Shown: positions 52,130-62,361, counted from the first letter of the stretch. The stretch is 64,000 bases of DNA from Candidatus Krumholzibacteriia bacterium (GCA_029865265.1 JAOUHG010000002.1:98357-162356), one strand, 5' to 3'. Program-made: numbers and translations. The notes: generated from the letters alone by a model not told the origin.

Positions 52130-53167
52130 CTAGTCGATCACCGTGTCACGGCGGCGACGGTGAATCTCTTCCACAATGGCGTCGGTGACCGACCGGGTGG
52201 TGCCCGTGTGACCGAGGTCCGGCGTCAGCACCTGGGCGTGATCCCGGGTCACCGTGCGCACCGACTTGCGTATGCGCACGTACGATTCCGTGTCGCCCAG
52301 GTGGTGGCACATCATCGCTGCGGAGAGAATCATCGCGATGGGATTGGCGATGCCCTTGCCGGCGATGTCCGGCGCCGACCCGTGGATGGCCTCGAAGACC
52401 GCGCAATCCGGCCCGTAGTTCGCACCCGGCGCGAGACCCAGACCGCCGATCAGGCCGGCGGCCAGGTCGCTCACGATATCGCCGTAGAGATTCTCCAGCA
52501 ACAGCATGTCGTACTGCCCGGGGTTGGTCACCAGCTTCATGGCCAGCGCGTCGACCAGCACATCATCGAACTTGACGCGGCCTTCGTAGGGCAGCGACTC
52601 CTGGCGGGCGCACTCCAGGAACAGGCCGTCCGCTTTCTTCATGATGTTGGCCTTGTGCACCGCGGTCACGCGATGGCGCCCCCACTTGATGGCGTGCTCG
52701 AAGGCGAATTTGGCGATGCGCCGGCTGGCGGTCTCGGTGATGACCTTGATGGACGTCACCACGCCGGGCGCGACTTCGTTCTCGAGGCCGGCGTAGAGGC
52801 TCTCGGTGTTCTCGCGCACGATCACCAGGTCGGTCTTGCCGAAGGGCGTCTCCAGCCCCGGCACGGTCTTGACGGGACGAATATTGGCGTAGAGCGAGAG
52901 CTCCTTGCGCAAACGCACGTTGGCGGACACGTGCCCCTTGCCGATGGGCGTGGTGGTGGGCCCCTTGAGGGCCACGCCGCAGCGCCGGATCTCGTCCAGC
53001 ACCGCGGGCGGCAGCGTATCGCCGTGCGTCTCGAAGGCACCGGCCCCGATCTCCATGGGGATCCATTCGATCTCGGGCCCGGACGCGTCTACGACGCAGC
53101 GCGCCGCCTCCACCACCTCGGGGCCGATTCCGTCGCCCGGCAACAGGACGACCCGATGCTTTGCCAT
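52130..53167 (-). CDS. Isocitrate/isopropylmalate dehydrogenase family (NAD-IDH-like)
   Basis: PGDGIGPEV, LKGPTTTP, VRENTE, VHKANIMK, NLYGDIVSD, FEAIHGSAPDIAG. Confidence 0.93.
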   Translation of the reverse strand: MAKHRVVLLPGDGIGPEVVEAARCVVDASGPEIEWIPMEIGAGAFETHGDTLPPAVLDEIRRCGVALKGPTTTPIGKGHVSANVRLRKELSLYANIRPVKTVPGLETPFGKTDLVIVRENTESLYAGLENEVAPGVVTSIKVITETASRRIAKFAFEHAIKWGRHRVTAVHKANIMKKADGLFLECARQESLPYEGRVKFDDVLVDALAMKLVTNPGQYDMLLLENLYGDIVSDLAAGLIGGLGLAPGANYGPDCAVFEAIHGSAPDIAGKGIANPIAMILSAAMMCHHLGDTESYVRIRKSVRTVTRDHAQVLTPDLGHTGTTRSVTDAIVEEIHRRRRDTVID

Positions 53168-53315
53168 TCACAGTCCTCTCGATGATTGATAAGACGCGCG
53201 GAACGGGATTCAACCGGTGATCACCGGACGCGCGCATGGTAACACATCACGCACACGCTGTCACACGCCGGGCGGATTGTGCGCGCCGGGGCGCGCCGCC
53301 CCGGCCGCGAGGAGG

Positions 53316-54299
53316 CTAGTAGCCGGGTGGGAATTGCCGGTCTTTGGACAGGTAGCGCAGCCAGGTGCCCGCACCTTCGGCCTCGGCGAGCGTTTTCACG
53401 CGGCGGAATCCGTCGCCGTACACGTCGTCGCCGTCGCGGGTGAGACTCACGCGGAAGAACGAGCTTTCCCGGCCGGGGTACTGGGCCAGGACCAGGAACG
53501 CGGCGTAGTTGCAGCTCCCCTCCGACCACGCGCGCTCCGACTTGAACTGCCCCTGGTTGAATTGCCAGATGTGCGCCAGTTCGTGGGCGATGGTGCTGAT
53601 GATCTCCATGCGCGGCATGCCGTACAGCAGGTACATGTTCATGCGCCTGCCCCTCGAGTACCCCAGCAGGCGGAATTGCTCGCGGTAGTCGGTGAAGCCG
53701 CGCAGGCCGTCCGAATGGTGCCCGGAGAGTTTCTGCATCTTCTCGCGCCCCACCAGATGGATCTGCACACCCTCGTAGTCCACGTTCATCCCGAACGCCT
53801 TCATGTGCCCGGCGACCTCGTTGACCAGGGTCAGTATCTCGCCGACGTCGGTGATTGATTTCGGGCGGCAGACGTTGCACACGAAGCGACCGTCGTCGTA
53901 GCGCACGCCGCCACCGGTCAGTGGCTCGGAAATGAACCGCCCGCATGAGTCGCACACCGGCGCGACACCGTCGTGGTGCTGGCAGTACGAGTTGCCCCAG
54001 TAGTCCTGCAGGTACTCACCGGTGATGGTTGCATTGCACAGCGAGCAGCGCAGCGCCACGTGATCGCGGAAGCAATCGTTGTGATAGACCTTCCCCTGGT
54101 ACTCGCTGTAGGAGCCGCTGATGGCGAGGTCGCAGTGGGCGCAGCGGAAGTGGTTGGCGTGGTAGGAGAGCCCCTTGGTGGTGAAGTAGGGTCCGTCGAT
54201 GGGTTCACCGCAACTGGCGCACACGCCGGGCGACTCCTGGGCCGAGGCGGCACCCGCCAGGACGGCGAGGAGCAGGAATGCAATCAGCAGGAACCGCAT
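53316..54299 (-). CDS. Secreted LIM-domain / DA1-like zinc metallopeptidase (327 aa)
   Basis: Signal MRFLLIAFLLLAVLAGAASA; LIM CASC-x16-HANH-FRCAHC-x16-HNDC; LIM-like CSLC..YWGNSYCQHH..CDSC..DGRFVCNVC; LLYGMPR...AHELAH...EGSC...VYGDGFR. Confidence 0.88.
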   Translation of the reverse strand: MRFLLIAFLLLAVLAGAASAQESPGVCASCGEPIDGPYFTTKGLSYHANHFRCAHCDLAISGSYSEYQGKVYHNDCFRDHVALRCSLCNATITGEYLQDYWGNSYCQHHDGVAPVCDSCGRFISEPLTGGGVRYDDGRFVCNVCRPKSITDVGEILTLVNEVAGHMKAFGMNVDYEGVQIHLVGREKMQKLSGHHSDGLRGFTDYREQFRLLGYSRGRRMNMYLLYGMPRMEIISTIAHELAHIWQFNQGQFKSERAWSEGSCNYAAFLVLAQYPGRESSFFRVSLTRDGDDVYGDGFRRVKTLAEAEGAGTWLRYLSKDRQFPPGY

Positions 54300-54344
54300 A
54301 CCGTGAAGATGGCGCCGCAGGCCGCGCCGGGGCAAGGAACGTCG

Positions 54345-56330
54345 CTACAGGACGCGGTCGTTTCCGCCATCCACGGGAATCTGGGCGCCGGTCGTGCGCG
54401 AGAACAGGCGGCCGCACAGGGCGACGGCGAGGGCCGCGACATCGCCCGACGCCACCTCCACGCCGAGCAGGTTGCGGCGCCGGTACGATTCCACGTCCAT
54501 TCCGTTCTCGGCCGCACGGGCTGCCAGCACCTCCGTGGTCCATATGCCGGTGTCGAACACATCGTTGGGGTGAAGCACATTCACCCGGATGCCGGCGGGG
54601 GCGAACTCCATCGCCGCCACCCGGGCCAGCTGGGTAAGACCCGCCTTGGCAACGGAATAGGCGGCGGCGCCCCGTCCCGGCGCGGGCACGTTCTTCGAGC
54701 CCACGATCACGATTGCAGGATCGATGCCCGATTCCAGGAATGGCAGCGCCTTCTGCAGGAGGCCGAGGTGGGCGTCCAGGTTCACGGCGACACTCTCGTT
54801 CCACCGTTCGCGGGGCAGTTCCGCGATGCGCGACGAGGCGGGAAAGATTCCCGCGTTGCTCACCAGACAGTCGATCCCCCCGAAACGGCGCACGCCATCG
54901 TGGATCGCGGCCTCGACCGCTTCGGGATCGGTCACGTCGCACACGCACGCGAGAACGCGGGGATCGTCCCAACGCGCTTCCACCGATTCGCTTCGATCCA
55001 GCGCCACCACGCACGCTCCCGCCGCCAGGAATGCCTCCGCACACGCGCGCCCGATCCCGCCCGCCGCACCGGTCACCAGCGCCACGCGTCCGGCAAACTC
55101 GCCACGCGCGGGGGCGCGTGAAAACTTGGCCTGTTCGAGTTCCCAGTATTCGACCTCGAAGATGTCGTCTTCCGGCAGCGCTTCCCAGCCACCGAGCATC
55201 TCCGCTCGTTCGATGGCGGGCAGCGTGTGCGCCACGATGTCCGCCGCCACCGCCGCGTCACCGTACGACGCGGCGAAGGTGACGGTGCCCCGCTCCTTCC
55301 ACAGTGCCCATCGCGGCGCCGGGTCCAGCGCCTGCAGCGAGCCGCTGGTGTTGGCGTCGAAGTACGCGCGGTACGCCTGCGCGAACGCCGCGACGGCGTC
55401 CGCCGGGTCGGCCTCACCGTCGAGTACCACCGGGGTGCGGCGGGTGCGGATCACGTGATCGGGGGTGAGCGGACCCCGCGTCGCGATGTCGGCGGCGTCC
55501 TGCCGGCTCGAGAAGGCAACGTTCGAGGCGGAGGTGTCGGCACGCGCCACCATCGGCGTGCCGGCAGCGCGCGATACCGCACGGCGGGCCCGAGCCAGTA
55601 CGCGCAGGTCCGCGGCGTTCAGTTGGTGTGGCGCCTCCCCGGCTTCCTCCCACGGCGCGTGCACGTCCAGGTAGTCCTCGGCCTCCGTCACCAGTTGGAT
55701 CATGCGCTCGTAGCTGGTGCGCGCGTCGTCCCCGAAGGTGAACACCCCGTGGTTGAGCAGGATGATGCCCTCCATCTCCGCCCAGTCCACGTCGCGCGTC
55801 ATGTCGAAGACCTCACGCGCCAGCACGAAGCCGGGCATGACGTAGGGCACGATGAAGATGCGGTTGCCGTAGATCTCGCCGATGCGCTCCACCCCGTTGG
55901 GCGAGTTGGTGATGGTGACGACGGCGTCGGCATGGGTGTGATCGACGAAGGCGAACGGAATGATGGCGTGGAGAATGGCTTCGACCGACGGTGTGGGCGC
56001 CCCCGGGTCGAGCAGCAGCGCGCGCAGCATGGTAACCATGCGCGTGTCGGTGAGGGCGGTGAGTTCCGCCATGCGGCGCACGCCCTCGAGACGCAGGGGC
56101 GCAAAGCCACCGCGTTCGATGGTGGCCAGGTCCCAGCCGCTTCCCTTCACCCAGATGGCGTCCTGCGGGTCGCCAAACACGTCCGGCGCCGCGGCCTTCA
56201 CCGAGGTATTGCCACCGCCGTGCAGAACCAGGGACGATTCGCTGCCGATCAAACGGGACGTGTAGACGCGGAGCGCGAGCGCATCATCGCCGGCGGCGGG
56301 CGCGTCGGCTTCTTCCCACTGGCTTCTCAA
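54345..56330 (-). CDS. Bifunctional class II aldolase / short-chain dehydrogenase (RhaD/YuxG-like)
   Basis: LVLHGGGNTSVK, VKGSGWDL, PSVEAILH, VDHTHAD, EYWELEQAK, TGAAGGIG, YSVAK; TTG start with GGAGG. Confidence 0.92.
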   Translation of the reverse strand: MRSQWEEADAPAAGDDALALRVYTSRLIGSESSLVLHGGGNTSVKAAAPDVFGDPQDAIWVKGSGWDLATIERGGFAPLRLEGVRRMAELTALTDTRMVTMLRALLLDPGAPTPSVEAILHAIIPFAFVDHTHADAVVTITNSPNGVERIGEIYGNRIFIVPYVMPGFVLAREVFDMTRDVDWAEMEGIILLNHGVFTFGDDARTSYERMIQLVTEAEDYLDVHAPWEEAGEAPHQLNAADLRVLARARRAVSRAAGTPMVARADTSASNVAFSSRQDAADIATRGPLTPDHVIRTRRTPVVLDGEADPADAVAAFAQAYRAYFDANTSGSLQALDPAPRWALWKERGTVTFAASYGDAAVAADIVAHTLPAIERAEMLGGWEALPEDDIFEVEYWELEQAKFSRAPARGEFAGRVALVTGAAGGIGRACAEAFLAAGACVVALDRSESVEARWDDPRVLACVCDVTDPEAVEAAIHDGVRRFGGIDCLVSNAGIFPASSRIAELPRERWNESVAVNLDAHLGLLQKALPFLESGIDPAIVIVGSKNVPAPGRGAAAYSVAKAGLTQLARVAAMEFAPAGIRVNVLHPNDVFDTGIWTTEVLAARAAENGMDVESYRRRNLLGVEVASGDVAALAVALCGRLFSRTTGAQIPVDGGNDRVL

Positions 56331-56369
56331 TGGCAGACCTCCACCGGGCGACTCTAGCCCCGTGGGCGC

Positions 56370-58133
56370 CTACTTGAGAAGCACCAACTTTCGGGTCAGA
56401 ACCTCGGCGCCGGCATCGAGGCGGCAGAAGTACACCCCCGAGCCCACCCGCTCGCCGCGCGCATCGGCGCCGTTCCAGCGCACGCGGTGTGCGCCCGCGG
56501 GCAGCGCCCCCCGCCGCAGGGTAACGACGTGCGCGCCGGATGCGTCGAAGATCGCCAGCGTCGCGTCGGCGGCCCGGGTCAGTTCGAAGCGGATTTCGGT
56601 GGCCGGATTGAAGGGGTTGGGGCTGTTCTCCAGCGACAGCAGCGCCGCGCGGGGCGCGGTCGTCACCGCGGTGGCGGGAACGTCGTTGTCGTAGAGGTAG
56701 ATCCAGTCGTCGATCTCATCCAGCCCGCTGAGGTCGAGGTCGCCGTCGTTGTCGCGGTCGTGCAGCAACGCGCACGAACCCGCGGTGCTGGCCAGCAGCG
56801 TGCGCGCATTGGCGAAGGTGGCGCCGGTGTTCTCGTACAGCGTCCACGTGCCGGCCGTGTAGTTGCTCGTCACCAGCTCGAGGTCGCCGTCGCCGTCGAT
56901 GTCGCCGGTGTCGATCGCCAGCGGGAACAACCCCACCGTCTTGTAGTACGGCGCCGCCAGCCCGCCCGCGCCGTCGCCCAGCAGCACCGCAAGCCGGCTC
57001 TGGTTGGTGTTGCAGATGGCGGCGTCGACGTTGCCGTCGCCGTTGAAGTCCCCCACCACCATCTGCCAGGGCTGCCCGCCGCCGGCGGTGGGCGTCTGCG
57101 CCGCCAGGTCGCCGTTGCCGTCGCTCAACATCACCACGATGTTGTAGGGAGACGAGAAACAGCCCACGAACACGTCCTGCAGGCCGTCGTTGTTGGCATC
57201 GGCCACCGCGATGGAGAACTCATTGGCGCCGGCCTCGCGCGCCACCGCGCTCGCGAAGGTGCCATCGCCGTTGTTGAGCAGGATGCTCACCGTGCTCGCG
57301 AAGCGGTTGGCGGTGACGATGTCGTCCCACCCGTCGCCGTTGAGATCCAGCACGCCCACACCGCGCACGCTGTTGCCGGCCGTGTAGGTCGCCGAGGCCG
57401 GGAAGTCGCCGGTTCCGTCGCCGAACATCACGCTGACCGTGCTGTTGCCGGTGTTTCCAACCACCAGATCGATCTCACCGTCGTGGTCGAAGTCGGCGCC
57501 CTCGTTGGGACTCGGAACCAGGCCGCCGGGCACGGGCCTGGCGGTGAACGACGTGTACCCGCCGGCGCCGTTATTCATGAAAACGCGCACGTCGTGGGTC
57601 TGTTCGCACGGCGCGGAGAGGTCGGTCCACCCGTCGTTGTTGAGATCGCCGGCGTACGCGCCGTAGACCTGCACCCACGACTCCCCCCCCTGGCGGCAGG
57701 GCACCCGTCCGCCGTAGGTCAAATCGAGATCGCCGGGGGCGGTCTTGATCCAGAAGTTCCACGCGTAGCCCCGGGCCATCGGTTCGCCGGACGGGTTCTC
57801 GACGCCGCGGCTCACGTTGACCGTCACCCATTCGCCCGCGAAGAACGGCACGCTGGGCGTGAATTCGATGCGGGCTCCGTTTACGGTGGTAACACCGCTG
57901 GCCGGACCCGACCAGCGCCCGTAGACGCGGAAGGAAATGCCGTCGACGGTGGCGGGATCGATGGCGCGGTCGAAATCAACGCGGATCACCGTGTTGGCGG
58001 GAACGTCCACGCGCTGGGGCACGGGGTAAACAGCGGTAACCGATGGTGGGGTGGCGAAGGCGGCTCCGGCGGCCGCAACGACCAGCAGCGCGCCCACCCA
58101 CGGGGTGCATGTCCAGCGTCTCATGTTGCTCAT
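56370..58133 (-). CDS. Secreted protein: Ig-like (Big_5) domain, FG-GAP/VCBS repeats and T9SS/FlgD C-terminal domain
   Basis: PPSVTAVYP..IRVDFDRAID; repeats GDLNNDGWTD, DLNGDGWDD, GDFNGDGNVD; ENSPNPFNP...SGVYF...RKLVLLK. Confidence 0.88.
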   Translation of the reverse strand: MSNMRRWTCTPWVGALLVVAAAGAAFATPPSVTAVYPVPQRVDVPANTVIRVDFDRAIDPATVDGISFRVYGRWSGPASGVTTVNGARIEFTPSVPFFAGEWVTVNVSRGVENPSGEPMARGYAWNFWIKTAPGDLDLTYGGRVPCRQGGESWVQVYGAYAGDLNNDGWTDLSAPCEQTHDVRVFMNNGAGGYTSFTARPVPGGLVPSPNEGADFDHDGEIDLVVGNTGNSTVSVMFGDGTGDFPASATYTAGNSVRGVGVLDLNGDGWDDIVTANRFASTVSILLNNGDGTFASAVAREAGANEFSIAVADANNDGLQDVFVGCFSSPYNIVVMLSDGNGDLAAQTPTAGGGQPWQMVVGDFNGDGNVDAAICNTNQSRLAVLLGDGAGGLAAPYYKTVGLFPLAIDTGDIDGDGDLELVTSNYTAGTWTLYENTGATFANARTLLASTAGSCALLHDRDNDGDLDLSGLDEIDDWIYLYDNDVPATAVTTAPRAALLSLENSPNPFNPATEIRFELTRAADATLAIFDASGAHVVTLRRGALPAGAHRVRWNGADARGERVGSGVYFCRLDAGAEVLTRKLVLLK

Positions 58134-59377
58134 CTCCCGGTTTCGGGCACCAGCGCCGGGTAGGGCGCCAGCACGGTTTCGATATCCCGTACGTCTTCAA
58201 AAAACGAAAGCAGGCGCCGCAGCACCGCGTCCAGGATGGCGTCGGGGCACGATGCCCCGCACGTCAGCACCACGTCCAGCGGCCGCCGATCGGGCATCCA
58301 GCCGTCGGTGACGCGTTCGCTGCGCGATTCCAGCGAGAAGTGCCGCATCCGCGTGCTGGATACCAGCTCGGCCTCCCCCTGCACGAAGTACGTCGGCATC
58401 GCCTTCTGACACAGCTCGACGATGTGTGAGGTATTGGACGAGTTGTATCCACCCACCACCAGGGCGAGATCCGCGCCGTGCTCGATCAACGCGTAGGTGG
58501 CGTTCTGGTTTTCGTAGGTGGCGTAGCACAGTGTGTCGGACGTGTCGGCGAAGTGATCGGCGATGGCGTCCTCTCCGTAGCGCTCGGCCAGCGCGCGCCG
58601 CAGCTCGCGCGCGATCTCGTGCGTCTCGGTGGCGAGCATGGTGGTCTGGTTGACCACCCCCAGGCGCACCAGGTCGGTCTCCGGGTCGAAGCCCGGCGTG
58701 CACTTGTGCCCGAAGCAGCGATCGAAGTCGGCGCGGGACCGCGTTCCGCGAATCACGTCGCCCAGCAACACCGACTCGGCGTGGTCGCGTACCACCACGG
58801 TGGGCGCGGCGCGGCGGCTGTGGGAGAAGGTGGCGCGGGTTTCCTCGTGGGTATCCTTGCCGTGCACCACCACCGCGAAACGCTCTCCACCCAGCTGGGC
58901 GCTGCGCTTCCACACCTTCTCCACGAAGGGACAGGTGGTGTTGTAGCGGTACGGGTCGATGCCGAGCGCGGAGAGCTTCTCCTGCATCTCCAGGGTGGTG
59001 CCGAACGCCGGCACCACGACGATGTCGTCCGGGGTGAGCTCCTCCCACGGCACCAACTGCTCGCCCGACGGCGTAAAGAGAAAACGAACGCCTCGCTCGC
59101 GCAGGTCACCGTTCACGGTGGGGTTGTGGATCATCTCGGAGAGAAAGAACACGCGCCGGTCCCGATGCTCGGCCAGCGTGCGATACGCAATTTCCACCGC
59201 GTTCTCCACGCCGTAGCAGAAGCCGAAATGGCGCGCCAGCACCACGCGCACCGGCCCGAAATCGAGCACCGCCGGGGCAAGGTCGTGCTTGCGCGGATCC
59301 ACGTCCTGGCGCGCGTGCTTCACCCGCGTGATGATGCCACCGTGGTATGCGTCGGGCGTTTCGAAGCGGCGTGCCAT
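58130..59377 (-). CDS. ispH: 4-hydroxy-3-methylbut-2-enyl diphosphate reductase (long form)
   Basis: FGFCYGV, MIHNP, TTCPFV, NQTT, DTLCYAT, VVGGYNSSNT, CGASCPD. Confidence 0.96.
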   Translation of the reverse strand: MARRFETPDAYHGGIITRVKHARQDVDPRKHDLAPAVLDFGPVRVVLARHFGFCYGVENAVEIAYRTLAEHRDRRVFFLSEMIHNPTVNGDLRERGVRFLFTPSGEQLVPWEELTPDDIVVVPAFGTTLEMQEKLSALGIDPYRYNTTCPFVEKVWKRSAQLGGERFAVVVHGKDTHEETRATFSHSRRAAPTVVVRDHAESVLLGDVIRGTRSRADFDRCFGHKCTPGFDPETDLVRLGVVNQTTMLATETHEIARELRRALAERYGEDAIADHFADTSDTLCYATYENQNATYALIEHGADLALVVGGYNSSNTSHIVELCQKAMPTYFVQGEAELVSSTRMRHFSLESRSERVTDGWMPDRRPLDVVLTCGASCPDAILDAVLRRLLSFFEDVRDIETVLAPYPALVPETGR

Positions 59378-59383
59378 CGGATG

Positions 59384-59989
59384 CTAGCCGGACTTGCGCG
59401 CGGCGATGAAGGTGGTGAAGTAGTCCGGCTCGTTGCCCGGCTTCCACTTGATGTTGCAGCCGATGCTGGGCCGCTGCGGTTCCGGCGCCGGCCTGCCCGC
59501 CACGACCGCGTCAATGGCGGCGCGCAGGTCCGCGCCGGTGACGGGGCGGCCGTTGGAGGGACGGCTGTCGTCCAGCTGGCCGCGGTAGCGCAGCTTCCGT
59601 TCGGCGTCGAACACGAAGAAGTCCGGCGTGCAGGCCGCGTGGTACGCACGCGCCACCGCCTGCGTCCCGTCGAGCAGGAAGGGAAACGCCCACCCGGCTT
59701 CCCGCACCAGCGCCGCCATCGCATCCGGCCCGTCCTGCGGGTAGGCGTCGACATCATTGGCGTTGATGGCGACGAAGTCGACGCCGCGCGCCGCATAGTC
59801 GTGCGCGAGGCGGGTGATCTCGTCCTTGACGTGGATCACGAAGGGACAGTGGTTGCAGATGAACATGACCACCAGCGTGGGCGCCTTGAAGTCCGCAAGG
59901 GAGCGCGTCGCGCCGGCGGCGGGCTCGGGAAGCGTGAAATCGGGCGCGGGCGTGCCCAGGGGCAACATGGTGGAGGGCGTCTGGACCAT
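59384..59989 (-). CDS. Thioredoxin-fold AhpC/TSA-like protein
   Basis: APDFTLP, FICNHCPFV, ACTPDFF, YRGQLDDSRP, PSIGCNIKW. Confidence 0.93.
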   Translation of the reverse strand: MVQTPSTMLPLGTPAPDFTLPEPAAGATRSLADFKAPTLVVMFICNHCPFVIHVKDEITRLAHDYAARGVDFVAINANDVDAYPQDGPDAMAALVREAGWAFPFLLDGTQAVARAYHAACTPDFFVFDAERKLRYRGQLDDSRPSNGRPVTGADLRAAIDAVVAGRPAPEPQRPSIGCNIKWKPGNEPDYFTTFIAARKSG

Positions 59990-60077
59990 CAGAACTCGCT
60001 TTCCTGGTTCTAGTTCACATTGTGCGGCGCGGCCGCTCCACGTCGCCCCTCGAAGGTAATCTCGATCCCGGGCCGAA

Positions 60078-60572
60078 TCAAGGCGCCTTGCGATCCCCCA
60101 CCGTCTCCTGCATCACGATCTCCGGCATGGTGGTTGACTGGTATGACACCAGGCGGTGCTGCCCCTGCACGGGGACGTAGACCACCACGTAACGGCTGCG
60201 CGAAATGAACGCCTTGCCCGACGAGGTCAGCTCAATGGCCTGGACACCGGTCCCCACCACCGTGGCCCCGTACACGTGGTAGGAGACAGACTCCACCTTG
60301 AACGCCACGTACTGGATGTCGCCTCGCGACAGCATTTCCATCAGGTCATCGCGCGTCTGCGCAAGACCGGTGGAGTGGATGTACGTCATGTCGTCGGCGA
60401 AGATCCCCGAAAGAACCTCCGCGTCCACCGACACCATCGCGTGCTGGCGTGCGTGCTCGAGTTCCTCCACCGCCGCAATGGCCGCCTTCCCCGAGGGAGC
60501 GTCGGCCCTCGCGGCCGGTGCGGTGGTGACGCCCATACTCAGAACCAGAAGTGCCGCCCACATCGTTCGCAT
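60078..60572 (-). CDS. Secreted NTF2-like (DUF4440) protein
   Basis: Signal peptide; FADDMTYIHSTG...RLVSYQST; GGAGG SD. Confidence 0.8.
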   Translation of the reverse strand: MRTMWAALLVLSMGVTTAPAARADAPSGKAAIAAVEELEHARQHAMVSVDAEVLSGIFADDMTYIHSTGLAQTRDDLMEMLSRGDIQYVAFKVESVSYHVYGATVVGTGVQAIELTSSGKAFISRSRYVVVYVPVQGQHRLVSYQSTTMPEIVMQETVGDRKAP

Positions 60573-60590
60573 CGAACCGCCTCCTCGTTT

Positions 60591-61256
60591 TCAGGTTTTC
60601 GGCGCCCCGCGCAGGATCTCCGCCGAAGCACTCGCGCCGATGCGCGTCGCACCCGCATCGATCATGGCCACCGCGGCCGCGTAGTCACGAATCCCGCCCG
60701 CCGCCTTGATCCCGACTCCGTCCGGAAGCGCCCGTCGCATCAGGCGCACGTTCTCAACCGTGGCACCGGCGGCCGCGAACCCGGTCGAGGTCTTCACCAG
60801 ATCCGCGCCGCCTGCAACCGAGAGCCGGCAAGCAAGCAGGATCTCCTCCGGCGAGAGCAACGCCGTTTCGATGATCACCTTGAGCAGACATCCGCTATTA
60901 CGGTGCACCACCACCGCCACCGCCTGGATGTCCGCGCCCACCGCGCCTTCATCGCCATCCTTGAGCGCCCCGATATGCATCACCATGTCCACTTCGGATG
61001 CGCCGGCCAGCAGCGCGTCGCGCGCCTCCGCACACTTGGCCGCCGTGGTGGTGTTGCCGTGGGGAAAGCCGGCCACCGTCACCACGCCCACCGCGTCCCG
61101 CACCCGGGCCCGCGCCCGCGGCACCCACACCGGCGCCACGCAGACCCGCATGCCGAACGCGAGCGCGGTATCGCAGGCCGCGTCGATGTCCCCCGCGCCC
61201 GCGCCGGGAGCGAGGCAGGTATGATCGATCAACGCCGCAAGCGCCCGGCGGTCCAT
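60591..61256 (-). CDS. deoC: Deoxyribose-phosphate aldolase
   Basis: IDHTCL, VAGFPHG, EVDMV, LKVIIET, VKTSTGF, IKAAGGIR, RIGAS; start ATG 61256. Confidence 0.96.
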   Translation of the reverse strand: MDRRALAALIDHTCLAPGAGAGDIDAACDTALAFGMRVCVAPVWVPRARARVRDAVGVVTVAGFPHGNTTTAAKCAEARDALLAGASEVDMVMHIGALKDGDEGAVGADIQAVAVVVHRNSGCLLKVIIETALLSPEEILLACRLSVAGGADLVKTSTGFAAAGATVENVRLMRRALPDGVGIKAAGGIRDYAAAVAMIDAGATRIGASASAEILRGAPKT

Positions 61257-61263
61257 GCGCGCA

Positions 61264-62361
61264 TTATCGCCCGTTTGTGACGGGCGTGGCAACCGGCGCC
61301 AGAAACGGATTGGACAGATCCGGATTGAACAGGAAGTCCGGGTCGGTCAGGGTTTGCAGGAAGACGATCAGCGTGTCGATCTCCCCCGGCCTCATCGGTG
61401 GGCGGGTGAGCCGCGCGCGAATGAGCGGGTCAACGTCGTCCCCATCGTGGAACCCCATGTTGTAGTGGGCGATCACTTCCTCCAGGGTGGCAAAGCGGCC
61501 GTCGTGCATGTAGGGCGACGACACCTCGATGTTGCGCAGTGTGGCGGACTTGAACTTGCCGATGTCGGCGGGATCACCGGTGACGTCGTAACGGCCGTCG
61601 TCGGCCACGATGGAATCCAGCCCCGTGTTGTGGAAAGTGCTGGTGGCAAAGAACAACTCGTCGTGACAATGGAAACAGTCCCCGCGCTCGGTGCGAAAGA
61701 TGTCGTACCCCATCTGCTCGACCGGCGTGAACACGTCCTCGCCGCGGCGCACACGGTCATACTTGGAATTCGCGGAGATGAACGTCCGCTCGAACTGGGC
61801 GATGGCCTTCACCACCCGGTCCTGGCTGATGCGGCTGTCGCCGAAGGCGGCACAGAACAGGCCGGGGTACTCGGCATGGTTCTCGAGGCGCGCAATGGCG
61901 TCGGGCCAGGGCAGGTCCATCTCGATCGGATTGGGGACCGGCTCGCGCGCCTGGCCCTCCAGGCCGGCCGCGCGCCCGTCCCAGAACATCTCGGATACCC
62001 ACGCCGGATTGACGATGGTGGGCGCGTGACGGCTGCCAAATACGCCGTGAATCCCCTCGCTGAAACGGCGGGTGTCGCCAAACGCGTTCTGCTGGATGTG
62101 GCACTGCGCGCAGGCCTGACTGCTGTCGCCGGAAAGGATGGGATCGTAGAAGAGCCGCCGCCCCAGCGCGACCCCTTCTACCGTCAGCGGGTTGTCCTTC
62201 GGATTGGGCAGTTCGGGAAAGTTCGCCGGCAGATCGATGACCAGCGGCGTGGCCGGAGGGCACTCGGATTCGACCGGGGGGGTGACCCCGTCGTCGCCGC
62301 CGGTACACGATGCAATGACCAGCATCGCGCACGCCCAGATCATCAGTCGTCTATTCGTCAT
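61264..62361 (-). CDS. Di-heme cytochrome c peroxidase/MauG-family lipoprotein (MbnH-like)
   Basis: Lipobox IAS-C; LGRRLFYDPILS, CAQCH, FWDGRA, CFHCH, LRNI...PYMHDG. Confidence 0.9.
   Translation of the reverse strand: MTNRRLMIWACAMLVIASCTGGDDGVTPPVESECPPATPLVIDLPANFPELPNPKDNPLTVEGVALGRRLFYDPILSGDSSQACAQCHIQQNAFGDTRRFSEGIHGVFGSRHAPTIVNPAWVSEMFWDGRAAGLEGQAREPVPNPIEMDLPWPDAIARLENHAEYPGLFCAAFGDSRISQDRVVKAIAQFERTFISANSKYDRVRRGEDVFTPVEQMGYDIFRTERGDCFHCHDELFFATSTFHNTGLDSIVADDGRYDVTGDPADIGKFKSATLRNIEVSSPYMHDGRFATLEEVIAHYNMGFHDGDDVDPLIRARLTRPPMRPGEIDTLIVFLQTLTDPDFLFNPDLSNPFLAPVATPVTNGR

Noticed and set aside
50741..53185. 814-aa plus-strand ORF
   Set aside because: Antisense to fabV and the dehydrogenase; no recognisable domain.
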